Shown: in pieces, positions 49,485 through 61,917 of the stretch | How positions within the stretch are numbered: the first letter of the stretch is position 1 | Layout of the letters: each line of letters opens with the position of its first letter | Assembly (NCBI RefSeq): GCF_035594765.1 | Contig: NC_085843.1 | Coordinates: 260,191,971-260,255,970, forward strand | Length of the DNA stretch: 64,000 nt | Origin: Anolis carolinensis | Taxonomy: Eukaryota | Reading direction: 5' to 3' | Notes under the pieces: model-generated | Databases searched by the model: none | What the model was told of the DNA's origin: nothing | What the model saw: only the letters and a program-made list of their open reading frames with translations | Made by a program: the position numbers and the translations under genes

Positions 49485-50000
49485 TAGTCAAGAAATCCGA
49501 AGAAGAATAAGACTTGGAAAGACAGCAATAAATGAAGTAGTGTAAAATATATCCTTAAATATCAAGTCATTCATGCCATAGTATTTCCAATTTCTATATA
49601 TGGTTTTGAAAGCCGGACAGTGAATAAAGTTGACAGGAAGATAAACACATTTGAAATGTATGATGAAGATTCTGCAGATATCATGGACCACTAAAAATAC
49701 AAATGAATGGATTCTAGAACAAATCAAGCCTGAATTCTCACTAGAAGTGAAGAAGACTACATTGAGACTATTGTATTTTGGACATATAATGATATGATAT
49801 AAATTACTGGATAATCCTGCTATGCAAAGTAGAAAGAAGTGGGAAAAGAGGGAAAACATGTGGCTTGGTTCAATTGAGGAAGTCATGGCTCCAAGTTTGC
49901 AAGACTTGAGGTGTCTTGTAGGTAATTGGTCTCTTGCAGATCTATCATTTATAGGATTGCCATAAATTGAGGTTTACTTGATGGCCAAAAAGAACAACAG
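49485..50000 (+). mobile_element. Ancient RTE-clade LINE 3' fragment
   Basis: Decayed SQEIRRRIRLGK..., YGFES-TV, ILQISWT, WILEQIKP, LRLLYFGHI motifs. Confidence 0.7.
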
Positions 50001-50853
50001 CAAGATTACTACACTCTTCAATATCTTATCTTACCCTGGATGATGACTCTCAGAGCCTACAGCTGCCAAGGTCTAAAGACTAGTCAAGTAGAAATTAGAT
50101 TGTTCATCTCTTTAACTTATTATTGTTTAACACAGCTGTGTGATAAGCTGGGAACATGATGCCCAGGGGTAGAATATTTAAGTTTTTCCCATGCAGTGCT
50201 TTCCCACCAGTTATTATTTATCACAATGGGGACAGCTTGGAGACACATGATAGAAAAAAAAATGATGTGTTTGAGTGTATGCATATGCGCATTCAATGGC
50301 ATCACGAGGGTTAGTATAAACCAATGTGGTAACAAGTGGTTTCACCCCATGGACCTCCTGCCATACCAGGGCATACCACAATATAACAGCTAAAATCCCA
50401 GAAAATTTGACAAAAACCTGCAACCATTAAAAAAACACAGCAGCAATGAAAACAGTATGTGCTTAGTACATGCAGTCTAAACCACGTAATTGGAAGCGTC
50501 ACTGTAATTGGGTAATAATGAGAGCTCTGTCTGGTGCAAATACGCATTCAAAGGTTCAAAAGTAAATTAGTGCTTTATAGAAGTATTAATACAGTACATG
50601 TGAGCTGGGCTTATGAAAATTGTTTTTGTGATCATATTTAACTTCAAGAATTTTTTTCTAAGCAATAATATATTTCTGCTGAAACTGCAGAAAAATTTAA
50701 TATATATTATATAATATATTTTTGTGTCACCCACTCTGCTGGTGTCCCCTGATGTAGTTTGCACTGCCTATGATGCCACTGTGTGTGTATCATGTGTTGA
50801 CTTATGGCAACTTCATGAATTTCATAAGCCAGAGTATCTAAGTGAGGGTAGTA

Positions 50854-51005
50854 NNNNNNNNNNNNNNNNNNNNNNNNNNNNNNNNNNNNNNNNNNNNNNN
50901 NNNNNNNNNNNNNNNNNNNNNNNNNNNNNNNNNNNNNNNNNNNNNNNNNNNNNNNNNNNNNNNNNNNNNNNNNNNNNNNNNNNNNNNNNNNNNNNNNNNN
51001 NNNNN
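50854..51005. other. Assembly gap (152 N)
   Basis: Run of N. Confidence 1.
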
Positions 51006-51024
51006 CACCAGAGAAGCTACTGCA

Positions 51025-51252
51025 CAGATTAGTTTTTAATGCTTTTAAGATCAAGTCAGTGGGTGATGTGGTTTTTAGCTTGAATATGTTTTTATGGATT
51101 TTAACTGTCAATTTTTAATACCATTGATGTTTAATTCTGTTTTAATATTTGTATATTTGTAGATCTTAAATTGTATTGAAATGCTTTTAATGTAAGCAAC
51201 TTTGAGTCTCCTTGTGGAGAGAAAAAAAGTGGGGTATAAATAAATAAATAAT
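51025..51252 (+). mobile_element. L2 3' UTR and tail
   Basis: T-rich UTR, gtaagcaactttgagtctccttgtggagag...ggggtataaataaataaata. Confidence 0.75.
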
Positions 51253-51634
51253 TTCCATGTCTCAGAATGTATTTTCTCAAGGAAAATGGTCTTACCTAAA
51301 TGTCATTGGTAAAAGTTGCTCCAGAAGAAGAGAGAAAAAAATGTTGCATGGTGTAGCTAACACAATCTATTTAAGCCAACTCGGTTCAATGGGAATTATG
51401 CCCTAATGCATCCTAGGAAGTAAGCATCAATGAACTCAATGGAACGTAAGGCTTGAATAAATGCATTTGCAACTGGGCTTTTGCACACACAACTTAAGCA
51501 GCTCAGCCTAGAATTGCCAGCATTTTAACTGAAGCACAATAGCTCTGCCTCAGAAGCCTGATAAACAGCAATTAGCAAGTGGGGAAATCTAGAGTTTGGA
51601 GATGTGTCATGTTCTCAGCTATAGATCAAGACTA

Positions 51635-51955
51635 TATAACCATGTGAGCCTGAGCAAGTTTTAAGACCTTCGGCAGAGGGCTTTCTCTAGCCTCCACCAC
51701 TTCCACAGGTATGTTCGCTAAGGACACAGGGGAAAGCCTTGTTGGTGGCTGTTCCTAGATGGTGGAATTCTTTCCCATGGGAAATTAGGTTGATTCACTC
51801 CCTTCTCTCTTAACCAGCAGGTAAAAAAAAAATCTTTATTTACACAGGAATTTGGTGACTGGCTATGCAGTAAGGTGTTTTAATGAGTGCTTTGTACTAT
51901 ATCTGAGTCTCCTTTGGGAGCGAAGGCGGGTTAAAAATAAAGTTTATTTATTTAT
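51635..51955 (+). mobile_element. Old L2 3' fragment
   Basis: Decayed C-terminal coding sequence and ctgagtctcctttgggagcgaaggcggg end. Confidence 0.65.
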
Positions 51956-52594
51956 ATTTTAGAGTTATTTTCATTTTTTTAAAAATATTTTACATTGTTA
52001 TAAAATATTAATGTTTTAATATTGTTTTTATTGTGTATCTTCAAGTTGTTTCTGATCTATTACAACCTTAAGGTGACCCTATCACAGGTTTGTTATTGCC
52101 ATCCTCTGGGGCTGGGACAATGTGACTTACCCAAAGTCACCCAGTGGTTTTTTTCCAGAATCATGGCCCAATGCTGAAACTATATACCATGCTGGCTCCT
52201 ATTAATATTATAGCTTATTTGTGTTTAATGTTTGCACCATTATGGGTTTTAAAGATGATTTTAATTCCTGATGTGAGCCATCTTGGATCTCTTGTCAAGA
52301 CCAAGACAAATATCTTAATAATATGTGTGGAAGGGGGGGGGGTGTCAGAAAAAGTCGAAAAGTTGATAATTCTAAATCAGGCCATATTTGGGCTATGTTT
52401 GAGTTAGAATTTCAGACTAGGTTCTGGATAGCTCATATACTCACTACGTTATCAACATTTTAGGATAAAGTTCCAGATTCAGTTGAACACTTTTCCAAGA
52501 TTGATCTATAATCTTAGTCCAAGAGAAACACCCTAATAATATGGCTTTTAATGTGGCTTATTCTGTAGGCAGGGACCAAAAGGTAGAACCTTGA

Positions 52595-52872
52595 GACTGA
52601 AAAGGTGTGAGTAGAGAAACTTGGAAACACATAGGAATGGATTCAAAGTAGAGGAAAAGACTTTTCACCTAAACTTTAGGAAGAACCTCTTGATAGAAAT
52701 AACTGTTAGATACCATAGTGGGATTGGCTGCCTTGGAGTGTAGTGGAGTCTCCTTCTCTGGAAATTTTTAAAAACAGAGGCTGGACAGCATCTGTCCTGT
52801 GTACTTTGAAATGTGCATGGCAGAATGTGAATGGATTGGATAGTCCTTGCTGTCTCTTCCAATTCTATCATT
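52595..52872 (+). mobile_element. Old CR1 3' fragment
   Basis: cacctaaactttaggaagaacc...gtggagtctccttctctggaa...cttccaattctatcattct. Confidence 0.75.
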
Positions 52873-53744
52873 CTAGGAACAGAGGCATGAAGGGAAATAT
52901 GGTAGCGAGAGATTAATCTGATGATTTCTCTGAGGATGGTGGGTGTACCAAAGCAGTCACAAAAAGAGCATGCTTAACTTATTTAGCCTTGAGAAGGAAC
53001 ATGCACAAATAGGGAAAGAACAGTGTACACTTTCCCATAGACTTGGTTTCAATGAAGGGTCTCCTCCAAGTTTCAGCTCATCACAGGTGCCTCTTTTATG
53101 ACCTACAACTCCCTTGATTTCCATATCTTGGTCATGTGAAGTGTTCCACTTATATTGACAATAGGTAAAAGTGATGTCATTCACGTACTTGCATGATGTT
53201 TTCCATATAACCTCTGAAGAGTATCTGAGGCAGCAGTTTTGGAGTTGGAGTCTTTGCAGCTAGGTTTTGTGGCTTGATTTCACATTAAGGGCTGTTCTGT
53301 TAATCTCTGACTACAGCAAAAGTTCACCTTTTCCCTCCTTTTGGTCAATTAGCTCTTTCTCTCTCCATGTCATATGTCCATCCCTTAAGTACGCACAAAC
53401 ATCCTCACACAACCCCACAGACGTAATGTTTAGCCTTAGGCTTCTGCTAATTCAGGGCGTTTACCTCCTGTTAAGACATTCTCCCAGGCAATTTTGTCGT
53501 ACATAAAGCATTTATCATGGCAACCAGCATCACATACCCCAAGGATTACAAATTACAAATATTCTAGTGTGTTATATTTGATGCATTGTTTATCTTATGT
53601 GTTTGTCTTATTTATTTAATCACAATGCTAAAAAAAGGAACAAATTTTAGAAATGCAACAAATGCTTAAGATTGTATGAGGACAGCAACTTCTTTGACCA
53701 ATAGCTGAGTCCATGAAGCTTAGTGGGTGACTTTAAGTGAGTTT

Positions 53745-54500
53745 CTTTATTTATTTACTTCATTTGTATGCTGCTTTTCTCCCCCAACGGGGACTCAAAG
53801 TAGTTTCCAACATAACTATGGCCAGGCTTGTAGCCGGGGGGAGGGGGGCTTGAGGGGCTTCAGCCCCCCCCCCCCCCTGAAATTCTCAGGATGGTCTGCG
53901 AGAAGGCCTTACATTTATTATTTAAATTGTTATGTTTATTCATATCAGATCACCATGCTCAATATATCCCATATGCATGGGGGTATTGGGATAACGATAC
54001 AAACGGTTTGCTAGGGTAGATCCTCCCACACTCAGACTCAGCTCCCCCCCCCCCCCCCCCCCACGCAAACCAAAATCCTGGCTACAGGCCTGACTATGGC
54101 AAAATTAAATGCCTTACATACAAAGACCTAACACAATAATAGTAACATAAAATAATCAATTAAATCATAAAACAACATCATTTAACATTAAAATGTAGAA
54201 TTAAAAATATATCAATATAACATTTAAATCACATAATCCAGCAATCTTGGTCCAGGCCATTCCAAATGTCCTATCCATTGCACATAATCCTTGATCATTC
54301 ATTGTATTGCTTACTGCCCAAAAGCTTGGTCCCATAACCAGATTTTTACTTTTTTCTAAAAGCCAGGAGGGAAGGGGCTGATCTAATTTCATTGGGGAGT
54401 TCCATGGCTGAGGAGCCACCACTGAGAAGGCCCCATCTCTCGTCCCCATCAGTCATGCTTGCGAAGGGGGCGGGACTGAGAGCAGGGCCTCTCCAGACAA
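53745..54500 (-). mobile_element. L2 3' fragment interrupted by an hAT MITE
   Basis: Frame MGTRDGAFSVVAPQPWNS; L2 terminal stem-loop at 53770-53805. Confidence 0.85.
53823..54092. mobile_element. Non-autonomous hAT element
   Basis: TIRs caggcttgtagcc / ggctacaggcctg; perfect 8-bp TSD actatggc. Confidence 0.93.
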
Positions 54501-54943
54501 TTGTAAAGTTTTGCATGTCTTCTATCTTAATCTAACCTATCTCCCAGGGTTGTTCTGGAGTGGAGAGAGAGATATTCTTAACTTTCAACTCCTTGGTGGA
54601 TAGGTGAAATATAAACAAAATAAACAATAAAATAGTGGAAACGTTGGGAGCTCCATTTTCAAGATCTTTTATTTCTAAGTGACTGATTACATTTACAGAG
54701 AGCTGCATGTGATTATGGGGAAAGGAAGATATTAAGAGGGGAGCAAAAAGCAAATGAATTGTAAGAGCTGTTGACTAACTTAATTGGATCTGTCTTCTTG
54801 TAATCAATGAGACTTCAGTCAATCACAATTCGCTTTTCACATTGAGTGCAAATAACCTACTCAGTCCAATGGATCCAACTCATAGATGGCAGGTTCCAAA
54901 TTCACAGAAATACACACATATTGCAGGTCTCACAACAAACTCT

Positions 54944-55322
54944 GGGTGCATCTACAATGTAAAATTAATGCAGTCTGACACCTCTTTAACTGCAATGGTT
55001 CAATGTTATGGAATCATGAGAGTGGTAATGTTACGAAGACTTTAGCCTTTACTGAGGAAGAATGCTGGTGTTTCACCAAACTTCAAACGCCAGGATTCTG
55101 TGGCATTTAGCCTTAGCAGTTAAACTGGTGTCGAACTGCATTAGTTCTACAGTGTACACCAATGTACACTCCCACAATTCCAAGCCTGAGTCCCCTTCCT
55201 TTTTCCCCTCAGCTTAATTGGCTGAAGGGAAAAAGGAAAGTGTCTGAGGCCAGGAATTGTGGGAGTTGAAGTCCAGAACACCTGGAGGGCCAAAGTTTGC
55301 CCATGCCTGGTGTAGATGCACC
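54944..55322. mobile_element. Palindromic MITE with an OC1-like hAT MITE (~55160-55309) inserted in its right TIR
   Basis: Outer ends gggtgcatctaca / tgtagatgcacc; inner element ends gtttgcccatgcctg with degenerate TSD gtgtacac / gtgtagat. Confidence 0.8.
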
Positions 55323-55571
55323 TCAAGTCACCTGAAATGTGCCACCTATGGTTCTTCTTGGATTCCTCAAATAACTTCGAAATCACTAGGAATTGAAAAA
55401 AAAGTGTCTCTATAGATTCAACTTCTCTATGGACCTCATGTCTACACGGCTGGGCTTCTGTGGAAGATGCCTTTTTCACCTGAAGGTAACCAAATCAGAG
55501 TTGTGCAGATAGAAGGTACATGACTCCAGAGGTTATGTCCACAGGTTCATTGGAACATTCAAGCCTCTCTC

Positions 55572-55904
55572 AATGGATTGTCACCTTGTCGTGGTGAGGG
55601 GGCTTGTGTGGTCCAATGAACCTGCGGACGTAACCGTTGGAGTCATGTACTCCCAGAAGGGACTGCAGGGGAGGTTCCAGACCAAGCACAATCCGAAGAC
55701 CTGAAGACCTCAACGGTGGATCAAGCGGAAGACAACATGGCACATGTTGCAATGACTGTGAAGGCGGAAGAAGGCTGTAACGGATTGAGAAGCCACAGTT
55801 GTCAGATTAACCATGCCACTGGTTGGAGACCTCACTCTGTGAAGGCTGTGTGTTGATTGGCTGTGCACCAACCTACACACATTAAACAAACTCATACACA
55901 GGCG
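55572..55904 (+). mobile_element. Short non-coding element beginning with an RTE/BovB-type 5' motif
   Basis: caccttgtcgtggtgagggggcttg resembles the conserved 5' end of RTE-clade LINEs; no ORF follows. Confidence 0.5.
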
Positions 55905-56435
55905 CAAGGCCATAGCTAGAAAAAAATGGGGGGGGGGGGGAGTTTGAAACTTTTTAAAAGGGAATCATGAAGAGTAGTTCCATGGAGCCTCTGGTGGGCT
56001 AGGGGATAAAAGCCTTGTGACTTGAAGGTTGGGTTGCTGACCTGAAGACTGCCTGGTTCTAATCCCACCCGGGGAGAGCACTAATGAGCTCCCTCTATCA
56101 GCTCCAGCTCCATGTGGGGACAGGAGAGAAGCCTCCCACAAGGATGGTAAAAACATCAAAACATCTGGGCATCCCCTGGGCAACGTCCTTGCAGACGGCA
56201 AATTCTCTCACTCCAGAAGCAACTCCGGTTGCTCCTGACACGAAAAAAAAAACTAATTTAGAAATCAGGCTCCAGCGATAAACTTCAGTGGACACTCAAG
56301 ACAGATACACTTCAGTGGAGACTCATGGGGATTTGATTAATCAGTTAAAATTCATGAGTAAATCAGTTTTTTTTAAAATCTGAAAAATTTCGGTGGTGGC
56401 GTTGAACCCCCTAACCCCCTCCCCCTTGGCTACAG
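55905..56435. mobile_element. hAT-like element containing a Vingi-tailed SINE (55984-56252, +)
   Basis: Ends caaggccatagctag / ttggctacag (damaged), TSD cacaggc(g/a); inner SINE has a ggagcctctggtgg head and ends gctcctgacacg(A)10. Confidence 0.7.
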
Positions 56436-56589
56436 CACAGGCATCTTCCAAGAAAAATAATTTGGACAATGAAGGATCACCCAAGTAAGTATGTAAGTAA
56501 GATAGAAGGTAAATCGCGATCCAACCAGAGACAGATCAGCAACAATTTTTGAACCTTCCAACTGTTTTTCAAAAATGAAGAAAGCTGTG

Positions 56590-57620
56590 GAGGGGATTGT
56601 GAGGCGAGGGGTGCAGAAGCAGGGCTGTGAGTGGGGTCTAGTTCTGGGACTGCGTTGGGATTGAAACGTACCCACGCGAGCCCAAAACGAGGCCATCTCC
56701 CATCCCGAGCCGGATCTGTGAAGAAGGCTCTTATGAAGGAAGGGGTCCCACGTCCACAGAGGGAAGGGTGGGAATAACGGGGAGGGCAAAGGGGTTTCCC
56801 AGAGAGTATATTTGGGTATTTTTGAGGAGTGGGAAGCAGACGGAGAAAGGGATGAGGAGGAGGAGGCGTTTCTCTCTTTTGTCCACCTTGAATCCACCCA
56901 AGACCCGAGAGAAAGAGGAGCGGGGGCTCCGAAGTCCAGGAGAGTGGCGGAAGAGGAGCCCCGGTATGTATGTCTGTATGTGTGTGTGTATCTCTGGGAG
57001 TGAATGTACTTGCGGAGGGAGGAGAGACCGGGATTGCGTCCAAGCCGTTCGGCGTCTCTGCTGGCAAGGAAACCCCGCTTCTCCCCTCCTTCTCGGGGGC
57101 TGAGGCTCGGGGTGGGGGGGGGGGGGGAGAGACAGACCGACCGACCGACCGACCTCCGTTGGGTTGGCGATGCCTCTCCTCCGGGCAAGGAAGGCAGCCT
57201 GAGCCCCGGGGGAGGAAGAGAGAGAAAGACACACAGAGAGAGCGCGCCGCCTCCCCTTCGCCTTGCCTTGCCTTGCTCTGCCCCCCATATCTCCCCCCCC
57301 CCCTCCCGGTGACTTCTCTCGCCTCCCACCTCCGCCCCTTTTTCGCCTTTTCTCTCCCCCCTCCAAAAAAAAAATTGGCCGGGGATGCGTCTGTTCTTAT
57401 CTGGCTCGAACTTCTCCCAGGAGCAGCGGGGTAAGTCGAGAGAGGGGCTGGCTGGGGATCGGGTTGGTTTGCTTGTTTGTTTTGGGGTGGGCACAGAAAC
57501 TGGACCCAGGTTAAGGATGGAAGGAGGGGGGGGGGGTTAAAAAGCAAAGGAAAAACCGAGGGGGTTTATTCAAGGGAGCGAAGGCCGGAGTCCAAAGCGA
57601 AGGAGAGGGGAAACTTTACC
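56590..57620 (+). promoter_or_regulatory. CpG-island-like promoter / probable first exon of an unidentified gene
   Basis: Non-repetitive GC- and CpG-rich stretch in an otherwise CpG-depleted window; GC boxes (ctccgccc), G/C runs, consensus donor GGG|gtaagt at 57430/57431. Confidence 0.75.
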
Positions 57621-59427
57621 TGGAGGGGAAGGAGGAAGGGAGAGAAGTTGGGCAGCTCTTGGGAAGGAGCATTGGAACCATTTGGTCCCCGAAGCATCAC
57701 TTGGCTGCTTGGAAGGGAGGAGAGGCGTACTTCTGAGCATAGGTAGAGTGCATCCCTTGCTCTGTCTCTCACACACACTCATTGCAATTTGCTTTCGACT
57801 ATGCCGGGTTTTTTGGGGGGAAGGAAGAGGCATGAAAGAGGGGAAAGGCAATGAACTTTGGAGCAGGGTTTCTGCCCACTCTTTCTCTCCCTGGCTACTC
57901 AGTTGTGTGTGTGAAAGAGGCAACAAAATACACTCCTTGGGCTTTGGGCAGTGAAGTCCTAACTGTAGATAATATCCAGGAAGAGCACATCTTCTGTTTT
58001 AAACTTCCTTCCTTGTGTTTAGTTCACAAAGTGAACTGAAACTAAACCCAACACAAAGAAAAGCTAGACGTTATTAGTTCACTTGGTATATTTCCATTCT
58101 TCTTCATGATGGTATTAAGAAATCAATAGCAACAGGCATGTGAATGTTACCCCTTGTGTTTCAGATCACCTCAATATGAAACAGAGATGCACTACAGTGA
58201 TGATTGCTTGCTTTATATGCTCGTCTTCTCTTATTATTTTCTTCTGTGGGCATTAAGATTTGGCTGACCAGTGCCTATTGTCTCCTGGCTGCAAGTCAGG
58301 GAAGAGTTCTGGGAGAGTAGAACTGCTGTTAGAGAGGAGATACAAATTAAGAAGCACTCTCCTTCCAATGCAGTCACTTGTCAGAGTAAAACACTTCCCT
58401 TTCCTCTTTAAGTTGGTCCTTGTGTTCAAACACAGTTTGGTGAGAGTCTTATAAAAGGTATGAATGACCCCCTCATAGCACCTAAAGGCACCCTAGCCAG
58501 CCAGATAGCTAATCCATTTATGTAAAGAAGAATTCAATCATGCACTTGTGTATCACCCTGCAAAATGAAAGACTGAGGGATTTTTGAAGTCAAGTGGAGG
58601 CAAACATGGAGTCAGATGCACTGTTTGTCCAACTTAGCTTTTGAAATTATGTATCATATAAGCCATTCTTTCTCAAACAACTGGGACTTTTTCCCAGTTG
58701 TTCGAAAATAGTTTTGACGATATTTCTACCTACAGTAAATGTTCTCCCCTTATTATGAGTGTTTTTTTAAAAAAATGGATATGTATCAAAAGAGCACATT
58801 AATATACATAATTCCTGGGTATTTCATAGTTGCAGAGATATAGCAAGTTCAGATTGGGTCCATCTTTTTAAAACACCTTTTTGTGTTTTAAAATTGTTAC
58901 ACAAATTCAGTTCAACTTTCCTTTTCTCCCTCCCCCTCTTTTTACCATGTGCTGCTCAGCATCATATTTTTCTACTCTTCCAGAAGTAAATGTTGGCATT
59001 TTGTGTGCCCTTACTTGTTGCAAATGCTTATTACATTTCAGTCACAGAGGAAACTGTTCTTGTTGATTAATTTAAAGAAGCATTTAAACCGTCACAGTTT
59101 CAACCTTTGGCTTCAGGCAGACATGTAATGAGTTCAGTCACAGTTGTTTACAAAAGGAACATTGGAATAGATTTCTTGGGGTTCTTGCTGTCTCCGATAG
59201 CGTGTTTTCAGAATGATTTCTCAATTTCTTTGCCCCAGAAGTGCTTCTTGCCAGAAGCTGGACTGTCCTTCTGTCTCATTCACAGACATGTCCAGATGAT
59301 GTCTTTATAAGCCTTCCGTGTTCTTTGCTCTGTTTAGCCCATTTCTTTTCTTGCTGGAGAATATTTGAGGGATGAATGGAATAGCTATAGAATGCCTTTG
59401 ACCTGAAAATACTAAGTGCTCTTCCTA

Positions 59428-59648
59428 GTTGTGAAGTGCCTTCAAGTTGATTTCAACTTGCTTAGGCAACCTTCTCATAGCATTTTCTTGCCAGGATTTA
59501 TTCAGGGGAAGTTTCTTATTGCCTTCCTGTAAGAATGAGAATGTGTGGCTTGTCCAGGATCACCCACTGGGTTTCCATGGCTGAGTGGAATATCATCCCT
59601 GGTTCCCAGAGTCGTAACCCAACATTCAAACCACTACATTACACTGGA
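59428..59648 (-). mobile_element. tRNA-head CORE-like SINE
   Basis: gtgccttcaagttg...tcacccactgggtttccatggctgag...aaaccactacattacactgg. Confidence 0.8.
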
Positions 59649-60959
59649 TTAATTATTTCTAGCTGTTTAAATCTGTCAAGCAGGGCACAGCTCTGTGTTC
59701 AAAATACCAACGCGTTAAGAAATCATGAAGATCTATGTTTGACAGGATATCTCGCTACAATCACCACTTGTTCTAATTGTCACACAATATTGATACTTTC
59801 CTCAATAGAGGACATATGTGCATTTATGGAGAAGTGCATGAATCTGTGTGTGTGTGTGCGTGTGTAAGAATTCTGCTTTCTGTTGAAGCAGTAAGGACTG
59901 GCCCCTAGTAACCCAACATCTTTGGACCTGGTCTAGCCAGTTAGGAAACAAGATCTGAAATTCAAGGGTGGAGGGAACTTCAGTGAGCACATTATCTCTA
60001 TTCATCAGTCACAAATTCAAACCTGTTCTTGTAGTGCACTCCAGAAAAGAGGAGGTATGTGAAGTGACTTTTGCTTCTTTGAAAGATTTTTTTTTCTAAA
60101 AAGAGTCGCTTTGTACTCCAGAAGATTGCTGATCTCTTTGAATACATCATGATTTTCTTATTAATGAATAACACAGGCCAAGAGATTAAACAAAAATAGC
60201 CTTCACTGTGTTAAAAGAGAAAGCAATCTATTTACAGAACGAATATAGTAGTTGCCTTTGCAGAGGTGTCACACTTCGCAGGTCTCATCACAGAGCTTGT
60301 TACTTTCAGTCAGCGTTTGCACCTTAAACACAAGGCATGCTCTCATGCATTTAAATTGGAAGGTGAGAAGTAGCCTATGGTTACCATAGCTTCCTGTTTG
60401 TCGAATCAATTAAGGGCCATAAACAGCAATCCAAATTTGTTATAGTGTCGACTCACGTCACAGCTATATTCCACTTCTCTTTTTGAAGCTCTTTCTGCCT
60501 ATTGTTTCTTTAAATTCATAACTTCTGCTTTGGGGAAAGATAAGTCAATTTTATGTCAATTTCACCTGGGAGGCACTGTTTTCTTGCCAAAGCCTTATTT
60601 CCGAAACTGACACAGCCAACCCGTCATGCTGCCACTATGGAATGCTTCTTATGTCTGCCAATGTAGGTCAAGGAACAGTGAGAAATATTCCTCCTTGAAA
60701 GTTGGAAAATGTATATCCTAGACACATCTTGAACAGGCTCACCAGAGCTGGTCAATGAAGTTGGATTTTCCTATAAATAGATGCCATCATTCAAGTTACA
60801 AAGTTGTAAACATTCCTATTGTTTTTTATGGTTGGTTCCACTGCCCCGTGTCTTGTCATTGCTACACAAATGTGTCATCTGCCCAGGTTTAACATATGCT
60901 AAAATATGCATAGATTTTATGCGTATTTTACAGTTCAGTAATTTCTTGTATTTGAGTAA

Positions 60960-61170
60960 TGACATGGTGTGAAAGTTTGTGCAATGTACCATGAGTCTGG
61001 AGACAAGGGTTCAAATTTCCACTTGGTCATGGAAACCCATTTCGACACCTTGGACAAGTTGCATTCTCAGCTGCAGATGAAGTCAAAGGCCTTGAACAAA
61101 TTTTACCAAGAAAAAACCATGATAGGTCCACTTTAGGTTTTTTGTGTGATAGCACACAAAAGCAGCAGCA
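60960..61170 (+). mobile_element. tRNA-head CORE-like SINE (decayed)
   Basis: catggtgt...ctggagacaagggttcaaatttcc...ggaaaccc. Confidence 0.7.
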
Positions 61171-61276
61171 ATGGAGGCATGCTCCAATCAAAAGTGATAC
61201 TGGTTCCTGCTTTCATCCACATACCATTCTGGATGGGACTTTATTGAGACTGAGGCATATTTCAATAAATGTATTA

Positions 61277-61607
61277 AGATAAAGTAAAGGTTTCCCCTTG
61301 ACATTAAGTCTAGTCGTGTCCGACTCTGAGGGGTGGTGCTCATCTCCATTTCTAAACCAAAGAGCTGGTGGTGTTCATAGACGCCTCCTAGGTTTTATGG
61401 CCAGCATGACTGCATGTAGCACTGTTACCTTCCCACCAAAGCAGTACCTATTGATTTACGCACATTTGCATGTTTTCGAACTGCTAGATTGGCAGAAGCT
61501 GAGACTAACAGTGGAAGCTCACCTTGCTCCCTGATTCAAACCGCCAACCTTTTGGTCAGCAAGTTCATCAGCTCAGTGGTTTAATCCGCTGCACCATCAG
61601 GGGCTCC
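61277..61607 (-). mobile_element. Full-length Sauria SINE
   Basis: Reverse complement of the 29693 family, flanked by aataaatgtatt. Confidence 0.93.
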
Positions 61608-61620
61608 TAATAAATGTATT

Positions 61621-61917
61621 TTAAAAGCTGAAGGTTTCCCCTAATGTTAAGTCCAGTCATGTCTGACTCTGGGGGTTGGTGCTCATCTCCATTTCTAAGC
61701 CGAAGAGCCAGCGTTGTCCGTAGACACCTCCAAGGTCATGTGGCTGGCATGACTGCATGGAGCACCGTGACCTTCCTGCCGGAGCGGTACCTATTGATCT
61801 ACTCACATTGGCTGCTAACAGCAGCCGCTCCTGCCGCTCCTGGGGTTTGATCCTGGGACCTTTCAGTCTGAAAGTTCAGCAGCTCAGTGCTTTAACACAG
61901 TTCGCCACCGGGGCTCC
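61621..61917 (-). mobile_element. Second Sauria SINE (variant central region)
   Basis: Same family, different segment at ~61810-61870, flanked by aataaatgtatt. Confidence 0.93.

Noticed and set aside
50707-51111. ORFs spanning the N run
   Set aside because: Artefacts of the assembly gap.
56430-57547. 354-, 356- and 211-aa minus-strand ORFs
   Set aside because: Low-complexity G/P/R/S-rich translations open in several frames, as expected in a GC-rich island; no domain recognised.
58150-58268. tttcag acceptor followed by short ATG ORFs
   Set aside because: ORFs end within 30 codons, no good donor nearby, no recognisable peptide.
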